DNA of 64,000 nucleotides from Escherichia coli (GTDB lineage Bacteria; Pseudomonadota; Gammaproteobacteria; Enterobacterales; Enterobacteriaceae): NCBI RefSeq assembly GCF_048403405.1, contig NZ_CP183129.1; one strand, 5' to 3'. Shown piece by piece: positions 50,477 to 64,000 of this stretch (position 1 is its first letter; each line of letters starts with the position of its first letter). The notes under the pieces were generated by a model. It saw only the letters and a program-made list of their open reading frames with translations, ran no database searches and was not told where the DNA came from. The position numbers and the translations under genes were made by a program.

Positions 50477-50521
50477 CGTGCTGGGATGGGCATACAAAAT
50501 GCACGTTCTCGGCAGTCATCA

Positions 50522-51531
50522 TTATTTGTTGTTGCGCAGATCCAGCGCCACGTCGACGATCATATCCTCCTGGCCGCCAACCATCCGGCGTTTGCCCAAC
50601 TCAACGAGAATATCCACCGCGCTTAAGCCATAACGCGCCGCCGCCGTTTCACAGTGACGCAGGAAGCTGGAGTAAACACCGGCGTATCCCAGCGCCAGCG
50701 TTTCGCGATCGACTCGTACCGGACGATCCTGCAACGGACGCACCAGGTCGTCAGCGGCATCCATTAACGCATAGAGATCGGTCCCATGCTGCCAACCCAG
50801 TTTATCCGCGGCGGCAATAAACACTTCCAGCGGCGCGTTACCTGCGCCCGCGCCCATTCCCGCGAGGCTGGCGTCGATTCGGTCGCAGCCCTCTTCCACC
50901 GCCGCGATAGAGTTCGCCACGCCAAGACTCAGGTTATGGTGAGCGTGCATGCCGGTTTGCGTTTCTGGTTTCAGCACTGCTTTCAGGGCGCGGAAACGGT
51001 CACGGATATCGCTCATGTTCATCGCACCGCCAGAATCCACCACATAAATACAGGTCGCACCGTAGCCTTCCATCAGCTTTGCCTGCTTTGCGAGATTCTC
51101 CGGCGTGGTCATATGGCTCATCATCAGAAAACCAACGGTGTCCATTCCGAGCTCGCGGGCATACTGAATATGCTGGGCGGAAACATCAGCTTCGGTACAG
51201 TGCGTAGCCACACGAACCACCCGCGCGCCAGCCTGCCAGGCATTTTTCAGATCGTGAATAGTGCCGATTCCTGGCAGCAACAACGTCGCGATTTTGGCGT
51301 GCTTCACCACATCCGCCGCTGCTTCAATCCATTCAAGGTCGCTATGTGCGCCGAAACCATAGTTAAAGCTGGACCCCTGCAAACCGTCGCCATGGGCCAC
51401 TTCAATCGAATCCACGCGGGCATCGTCCAGTGCTTTGGCAATCTGGCGAACGTTTTCCAGCGAATACTGATGACGAATGGCGTGCATACCGTCACGCAAC
51501 GTGACGTCCGAGATATAAAGTTTTTTACCGT

Positions 51532-51535
<4 letters not shown>
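50522..51535 (-). CDS. mhpE: 4-hydroxy-2-oxovalerate aldolase
   Basis: 337-aa [40 protein letters not shown]... (DRE-TIM aldolase); start overlaps the mhpF stop. Confidence 0.96.
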
Positions 51536-53297
<1,762 letters not shown>

Positions 53298-54164
53298 TTA
53301 AGGGCGTGCGAGGAAATTCAGCACCAGTTGATTGAAAGTGTCGGCATGTTCCCACTGCGCCCAGTGACCACAGTCGCGGAAGATATGCAGTTCAGAACCG
53401 GCAATGCCGGACAGCAGACGCAGACCCGCATCCATCGGCACAAAGCGGTCGTTGCGCCCCCAGACAATCAGGGTTTGCGCTTTTATTTCCGCCAGACGTG
53501 GGCCAAAATCCGGGAACTGTTTCGGATTGGCTTCCAGGCTCTTAACGAAGTTTTCCAGGTGATCGCGGCGCGACAGCATATTATTCAGGCGCGCTTCAAA
53601 CAGGGCGTCGGTCAAATCGCTGGTATCAAAAACGAAGATATCCATCATCAGCTTCAGGTTTTCGATAGTCGGCTGACGATAAAGCTGATTCAGTCGCTTA
53701 ATACCTTCGGTTGGCATCGGCGTAAACAAACTCATGCCGCCCGTACCGCCGCCCATCAGCACCAGTTTGCCGACGCGCTCCGGCCAGTTAAGAGTGAACG
53801 CCACAGAACTGTGGCCGCCCATCGAGTTGCCCAGCAGGTGGATTTTGGCGATATCCAGTTGATCCACCACGCTTTTCAGGATTCGCGCATTAAGATCCGA
53901 TCGCGAACCACTATTAACGATCGAATCGCTCTTACCCCAACCCGGACAATCCAGCAGGATCACCCGATAGCCCGCCTCTACCAGCGGATCGATATTGCGG
54001 CTGAAGTTCGCCCAGCCAGTAGCACCCGGGCCGGAACCATGCAGCAGGACAACAGTTTCGTCGCCTTGTCCGCAGTCATTAAAATGGATGCGCAGCGTTT
54101 TACCCGCTTCTTCTACATTCAGAAAACGGCTGGTGGCGGCTTCGGTTTGTGGCTGATAACTCAT
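53298..54164 (-). CDS. mhpC: 2-hydroxy-6-ketonona-2,4-dienedioate hydrolase (alpha/beta hydrolase)
   Basis: Matches Mhp[52 protein letters not shown]... with GNSMGG nucleophile elbow; start at the internal Met (288 aa). Confidence 0.93.
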   Translation of the reverse strand: MSYQPQTEAATSRFLNVEEAGKTLRIHFNDCGQGDETVVLLHGSGPGATGWANFSRNIDPLVEAGYRVILLDCPGWGKSDSIVNSGSRSDLNARILKSVVDQLDIAKIHLLGNSMGGHSSVAFTLNWPERVGKLVLMGGGTGGMSLFTPMPTEGIKRLNQLYRQPTIENLKLMMDIFVFDTSDLTDALFEARLNNMLSRRDHLENFVKSLEANPKQFPDFGPRLAEIKAQTLIVWGRNDRFVPMDAGLRLLSGIAGSELHIFRDCGHWAQWEHADTFNQLVLNFLARP

Positions 54165-54181
54165 CATCTTCTCCTGCATAT

Positions 54182-55126
54182 TCAGTTCTCTGTTCTGGCG
54201 CTTAACGAGCCAAATCCGGCAATCCACTCCGGGATTGGGCGGTAATAACGCCCTTCGCTACGCCAGTTGCCAAACGCAGAAATAGCGGCAAAAGCGGCGA
54301 CCCAGGTTTTGATTTCATGTGTCGACTTTCCGGCAATGGCGGAAAGCTCTTCGTTACTGACAGCATCCAGTTCCTGTATGCGTCCCTGCTCCAGCAAAGT
54401 CATGAACTGGTTATCCCAAATCGGGTTGAGGGGATGCAGCGTTCTCTGATCCTCAACAAACTTCTCAGCGGCGCTAATCACCCGTTGCTGACGCAATTCG
54501 CGCTCACTGGCGGGTAAATCTTTCCCGCTCCCCAACAGACGGTCGCGCATATGGGCATCGGCTTTCGCCAGTTCTGGCACCGGCGGCTGATGGGAAAGCC
54601 CACCGGAACCCAGGAAAAGCACGCGTTTATTGAGAGTACTGGTGAAACGTCCAATGGCTTCACCCAACATGCGGGTACGCTGGAAACCGGGCAACGGCGT
54701 GGCGACACCGTTGATGAACACAGGCAAAACCGGTACCTTATCCAGCCCGCCGAGCAGGAACTCCAGCGGCTGGGCGAACCCGTGGTCCACCTGCATACAG
54801 TAAGAAACGGCAAGATCGATCCCGCTCTTCATGACGGCATGCGCACAGGCCTCCGCCAGCTCAACAGGCACGGGCAGCTCTCCTGCCGCACTACCGAAAT
54901 CACCAATTGCCGTCGCTCCAACGCCTAAACAGAACGGTGGCATCACGTCATAGAAAAAGCCGTTGTAGTGATCTGGCGCAAACAGCACCACCAGTTCAGG
55001 GGAGAAAGCCGCAATACGCTCGCGGGCGCTGGCAATCACGCCATTGACCTCATCGAGCACCTCTTGCGCCGGGTCGACATACCCCACCAGCGGCGAGTGG
55101 GAAAGACAGTGAAGATAAGCGTGCAT
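54182..55126 (-). CDS. mhpB: 3-carboxyethylcatechol 2,3-dioxygenase (extradiol dioxygenase)
   Basis: 314-aa [44 protein letters not shown]... matches MhpB. Confidence 0.95.
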
Positions 55127-55127
55127 A

Positions 55128-56792
55128 TCAGGCTACCTTTTCGACAGAAACGTCGGCATCAGGGCGGGTCAGCGTCATCACCGACGCCAGTTTATTCAGG
55201 GTCTTGCCCAGGGTTTGCGGAATGGCGGTGGCGGCAACAAAGCGATCCGGGCGCATCACCACCAGCGAAGCATTGTGTTGCGCGAACCAGCTACGCAGGC
55301 GACCTTGCGTATCGCCCACGCGTAGTACGCCGTCGTGGTTATCCTGTGCGGTATGAATTTGCACTTCCGGCACCACCTGAATGAAGCGTGTGCCCAACGC
55401 GCGCCACTGCTGGATTTGCTCGTCGCTCATCCCCCACAGTGGATTGCATCCCCAGCCAATTACCGCGAAGTTCGCGCCGATCGCGTTATCGAGCAGCGTC
55501 ACGTCGCCGTTTTCCAGCGTGACTTTCGGTTGAATAAACATCTTGCCGACCGGAGAGTGCTTCGCCTCGCCCTCACGCACCAGTGCACCGCCGTAATATT
55601 GCGGCATCGGCTTGAAGCGCATTTCGAGGAAGTAGCGTTTTACTGGCGGCAGATAATTCAGCAGCCAGGAAACGCCGTCACGTAACGTACCCTGCCAGCG
55701 TTTCGGTGGAGCCAGCACGTTGCCCGCCGTCACGGACAGGTCAATCATCGCTTTGGCGTGATCGCGACGTTCTTGTTGATAGGTATCGAGCAGCGCATCA
55801 CGGGCTTTCCCCTGGATAACCAACGCCAGTTTCCATGCGAGGTTAAAGGCGTCACGCATACCACTGTTATAGCCCTGCCCCTGCCACACCGGCATGATGT
55901 GCGCGGCATCGCCCGCCAGCAGTACGCGATCAATACGAAAACGTTGCGCCAGTCGCGCGTTGTGGGTGTAGACACGCTGGCGAATCAATTCAACATTGTC
56001 CGGATTAGGCAGCACTTTGCTTAACAGCTTGCGCATATTTTGCGGCTCACGCAGCTGTTCTTCGGTTTCTCCCGGCATCACCATAAATTCAAAGCGACGT
56101 ACCGCATGAGGCAGCGCGGCAGAAACATACGGGCGCACCGGATCACAACACAAATAGATATGCGGCGTACTTAACGGATCGTTGGCGATATCTACCACAA
56201 TCCACTGATTTGGCGCAGTTTTACCTTCAAACGGCACATTCAGGGTGCGACGGACAAAACTTGCCCCACCATCACAGGCCACCAGCCACTGGGCTTTGAC
56301 CGTTTCCCGCTGCCCTTCTTCCGTTTTCAGGTGCAAGGTCACTTCGTCATCTTGCTGGCTGAAGGCCTCCAGCTCGCGGGAAAACAGGCAGCGCACATTC
56401 GGAAAACGCGACAATCCTTCCAGCATCACCGCATCGACCTGAGGCTGAATAAAGGCGTTACGGCGCGGCCAGCCAAATTCATCGGTCATTGGCTGAATAT
56501 CAGCAAAACAGCGACCTTTTGGGGTGAGAAAACGCATCGCGTGCCACGGCGTAGTGTGCGGCAGAACATTATCGACCAGGCCAACCGACTGCATGGTGCG
56601 CAGCGCCTCGTCATCAATACCAATCGCACGCGGGTAGTCGATCAACTTATCGAGTTTCTCCACCACCAGCACGTCAATGCCCATCTGGCCGAGATAGTTC
56701 GCCATCATCAGCCCGACCGGACCGGCACCAGCGATCGCCACCTGAACGCTATGGTTAACAGCAGGCTGGATGTCAGGGTGTTGTATTGCCAT
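55128..56792 (-). CDS. mhpA: 3-(3-hydroxyphenyl)propionate hydroxylase (FAD monooxygenase)
   Basis: 554-aa ORF with FAD-binding GAGPVG motif near the N-terminus; first gene of mhpABCDFE. Confidence 0.95.
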   Translation of the reverse strand: MAIQHPDIQPAVNHSVQVAIAGAGPVGLMMANYLGQMGIDVLVVEKLDKLIDYPRAIGIDDEALRTMQSVGLVDNVLPHTTPWHAMRFLTPKGRCFADIQPMTDEFGWPRRNAFIQPQVDAVMLEGLSRFPNVRCLFSRELEAFSQQDDEVTLHLKTEEGQRETVKAQWLVACDGGASFVRRTLNVPFEGKTAPNQWIVVDIANDPLSTPHIYLCCDPVRPYVSAALPHAVRRFEFMVMPGETEEQLREPQNMRKLLSKVLPNPDNVELIRQRVYTHNARLAQRFRIDRVLLAGDAAHIMPVWQGQGYNSGMRDAFNLAWKLALVIQGKARDALLDTYQQERRDHAKAMIDLSVTAGNVLAPPKRWQGTLRDGVSWLLNYLPPVKRYFLEMRFKPMPQYYGGALVREGEAKHSPVGKMFIQPKVTLENGDVTLLDNAIGANFAVIGWGCNPLWGMSDEQIQQWRALGTRFIQVVPEVQIHTAQDNHDGVLRVGDTQGRLRSWFAQHNASLVVMRPDRFVAATAIPQTLGKTLNKLASVMTLTRPDADVSVEKVA

Positions 56793-56982
56793 TTCAGTAC
56801 CTCACGACTCGGACAAAATGCCGTTGCGCGCACAGTACAGCGCAACTTATTTTGTTAAAAACATGTAAATGATTTTTTATTGTGCGCTCAGTATAGGAAG
56901 GGTTTTTTCGGCTACAATCAAAACATGCCCGAATGTGCACAAGGTGCACAACGTTGTTTTAACTATAGAAATGTCAATTAAT

Positions 56983-57816
56983 ATGCATAACAATGAGCAG
57001 ACGGAATACAAAACCGTGCGCGGCTTAACCCGCGGTCTAATGTTATTAAATATGTTAAATAAACTTGACGGCGGTGCCAGCGTCGGGCTGCTGGCGGAAC
57101 TCAGCGGCCTGCATCGCACCACTGTGCGGCGACTGCTGGAGACGCTGCAGGAAGAGGGATATGTCCGGCGTAGTCCCTCCGATGATAGTTTTCGTCTGAC
57201 CATCAAAGTGCGGCAATTAAGCGAAGGATTTCGTGACGAACAGTGGATTTCTGCACTGGCGGCCCCACTGCTGGGCGATCTGTTGCGCGAAGTGGTATGG
57301 CCGACAGATGTGTCCACCCTGGATGTTGATGCAATGGTGGTACGCGAAACCACCCATCGTTTCAGCCGCTTATCCTTTCACCGGGCAATGGTCGGGCGAC
57401 GTTTACCGCTCCTGAAAACCGCCTCGGGCCTGACCTGGCTGGCCTTTTGCCCGGAACAAGAACGCAAGGAATTAATCGAAATGTTAGCCACCCGTCCCGG
57501 TGATGACTATCAACTGGCACGGGAACCGTTAAAACTGGAAGCCATTCTGGCGCGGGCGCGCAAAGAGGGGTACGGACAGAACTACCGCGGCTGGGATCAA
57601 GAAGAAAAGATCGCCTCTATTGCCGTACCGCTGCGCAGTGAACAACGGGTGATTGGCTGTCTGAATCTGGTGTATATGGCGAGCGCAATGACCATTGAAC
57701 AGGCAGCGGAAAAGCATCTTCCGGCGCTGCAACGGGTGGCAAAACAGATCGAAGAAGGGGTTGAATCGCAGGCTATTCTGGTGGCCGGACGGCGAAGCGG
57801 CGTGCATTTACGTTGA
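56983..57816 (+). CDS. mhpR: IclR-family transcriptional activator of the mhp operon
   Basis: Matches MhpR M(H/Q)NNEQTEYKTVRGLTRGLMLLNMLNKLDGGASVGLLAELSGLHRTTVRRLL...; start at the ATG at 56983 (277 aa); divergent from mhpA. Confidence 0.92.
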   Translation: MHNNEQTEYKTVRGLTRGLMLLNMLNKLDGGASVGLLAELSGLHRTTVRRLLETLQEEGYVRRSPSDDSFRLTIKVRQLSEGFRDEQWISALAAPLLGDLLREVVWPTDVSTLDVDAMVVRETTHRFSRLSFHRAMVGRRLPLLKTASGLTWLAFCPEQERKELIEMLATRPGDDYQLAREPLKLEAILARARKEGYGQNYRGWDQEEKIASIAVPLRSEQRVIGCLNLVYMASAMTIEQAAEKHLPALQRVAKQIEEGVESQAILVAGRRSGVHLR

Positions 57817-57892
57817 CACCATCGAATGGCGCAAAACCTTTCGTGGTATGGCATGATAGCGCCCGGAAGAGAGTCAATTCAGGGTGGTGAAT

Positions 57893-58967
57893 GTGAAACC
57901 AGTAACGCTATACGATGTCGCAGAGTATGCCGGTGTCTCTTATCAGACCGTTTCCCGCGTGGTGAACCAGGCCAGCCACGTTTCTGCGAAAACGCGGGAA
58001 AAAGTGGAAGCGGCGATGGCGGAGCTGAATTACATTCCCAACCGCGTGGCACAACAACTGGCGGGCAAGCAGTCGTTGCTGATTGGCGTTGCCACCTCCA
58101 GTCTGGCCCTGCACGCGCCGTCGCAAATTGTCGCGGCGATTAAATCTCGCGCCGATCAACTGGGTGCCAGCGTGGTGGTGTCGATGGTAGAACGAAGCGG
58201 CGTCGAAGCCTGTAAAGCGGCGGTGCACAATCTTCTCGCGCAACGCGTCAGTGGGCTGATCATTAACTATCCGCTGGATGACCAGGATGCCATTGCTGTG
58301 GAAGCTGCCTGCACTAATGTTCCGGCTTTATTTCTTGATGTCTCTGACCAGACACCCATCAACAGTATTATTTTCTCCCATGAAGACGGTACGCGACTGG
58401 GCGTGGAGCATCTGGTCGCATTGGGTCACCAGCAAATCGCGCTGTTAGCAGGTCCATTAAGTTCTGTCTCGGCACGTCTGCGCCTGGCGGGCTGGCATAA
58501 ATATCTCACTCGCAATCAAATTCAGCCGATAGCGGAACGGGAAGGCGACTGGAGTGCCATGTCCGGTTTTCAACAAACCATGCAAATGCTGAATGAGGGC
58601 ATCGTCCCCACTGCGATGCTGGTTGCCAACGATCAGATGGCGCTGGGCGCAATGCGCGCCATTACCGAGTCCGGGCTGCGCGTTGGTGCGGATATCTCGG
58701 TAGTGGGATACGACGATACCGAAGACAGCTCGTGTTATATCCCGCCGTTAACCACCATCAAACAGGATTTTCGCCTGCTGGGGCAAACCAGCGTGGACCG
58801 CTTGCTGCAACTCTCTCAGGGCCAGGCGGTGAAGGGCAATCAGCTGTTGCCCGTCTCACTGGTGAAAAGAAAAACCACCCTTCCGCCCAATACGCAAACC
58901 GCTTCTCCCCAGGCGTTGGCAGATTCTTTAATGCAGCTGGCGCGACAAATTTCCCGACTCGAAAGCG

Positions 58968-58975
<8 letters not shown>
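57893..58975 (+). CDS. lacI: Lactose operon repressor
   Basis: Canonical GTG start (GTGAAACCAGTAACG = VKPVT...) giving the 360-aa LacI ...LYDVAEYAGVSYQTVSRVVNQASHVSAKTREKVEAAMAELNYIPNRVAQQLAGK...; the ORF-track start at 57884 is three codons too long. Confidence 0.96.
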
Positions 58976-62172
<3,197 letters not shown>

Positions 62173-62178
62173 TAATAA

Positions 62179-63477
<1,299 letters not shown>

Positions 63478-63487
63478 GCAATCAATG

Positions 63488-63517
63488 TCGGATGCGGCGC
63501 GAGCGCCTTATCCGACC
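63488..63517. repeat. REP palindromic unit between lacY and lacA
   Basis: gtcggatgcggcgcgagcgccttatccgac immediately after the lacY stop. Confidence 0.7.
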
Positions 63518-63542
63518 AACATATCATAACGGAATGATCGCA

Positions 63543-64000
63543 ATGAACATGCCAATGACCGAAAGAATAAAAGCAGGCAAGCTATTTACCGATATGTGCG
63601 AAGGCTTACCGGAAAAAAGACTTCGTGGGAAAACGTTAATGTATGAGTTTAATCACTCGCATCCATCAGAAGTTGAAAAAAGAGAAAGCCTGATTAAAGA
63701 AATGTTTGCCACGGTAGGGGAAAACGCCTGGGTAGAACCTCCCGTCTATTTCTCTTACGGTTCCAACATCCATATAGGCCGCAATTTTTATGCAAATTTT
63801 AATTTAACCATTGTCGATGACTACACGGTAACAATCGGTGATAACGTACTGATTGCACCCAACGTTACTCTTTCCGTTACGGGACACCCGGTACACCATG
63901 AATTAAGAAAAAACGGTGAGATGTACTCTTTTCCGATAACGATTGGCAATAACGTCTGGATCGGAAGTCATGTGGTCATTAATCCAGGCGTCACCATCGG
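63543..64000 (+). CDS. lacA: Galactoside O-acetyltransferase, N-terminal part (3' end beyond the window)
   Basis: ATG at 63543 followed by MNMPMTERIKAGKLFTDMCEGLPEKRLRGKTLMYEFNHSHPSEVEKRESLIKEMFATVGENAWVEPPVYFSYGSNIHIGRNFYANFNLTIVDDYTVTIGDNVLIAPNVTL...; runs to the window end without a stop, so it is absent from the ORF track. Confidence 0.93.
   Translation, partial: MNMPMTERIKAGKLFTDMCEGLPEKRLRGKTLMYEFNHSHPSEVEKRESLIKEMFATVGENAWVEPPVYFSYGSNIHIGRNFYANFNLTIVDDYTVTIGDNVLIAPNVTLSVTGHPVHHELRKNGEMYSFPITIGNNVWIGSHVVINPGVTI

Noticed and set aside
57884-57892. ORF-track start for lacI at the GTG at 57884 (MVNVKPV...)
   Set aside because: The established LacI start is the GTG three codons downstream (57893, VKPVTLYDV...); the upstream extension is an artefact of in-frame alternative start codons.

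Overview
This window is an Escherichia coli chromosomal segment, reverse-complemented relative to the usual K-12 map, running from tgt (truncated) through queA, acpH, malZ, proY, brnQ, phoBR, sbcDC, araJ, mak, rdgC, the aroL-yaiA-aroM cluster, proC, phoA-psiF, ddlA, sbmA, ampH, yaiT, hemB, tauABCD, yaiS-yaiP-yaiX-yaiO, frmRAB, the mhp operon and lacI-lacZYA (lacA truncated). Gene identities rest on reading the translated ORFs against well-known E. coli proteins from memory; no database search was run. Most of the window is ordinary core genome with REP/BIME repeats, Pho boxes, the FrmR operator and the lac control region. The one clearly non-core element is a ~1.66 kb AT-rich insert at the convergent acpH/malZ junction, which as I recall is only a few bp wide in K-12. 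It carries a single 485-aa orphan ORF with a lysine-rich repeat segment and no motif I can recognise; this is the best candidate for an undescribed function. The strain also differs from K-12 MG1655 in having an uninterrupted yaiT autotransporter gene and an uninterrupted yaiX. No CRISPR array, tRNA, rRNA, transposase or integrase was seen. Coordinates of short regulatory sites were counted by hand and may be off by a base or two.
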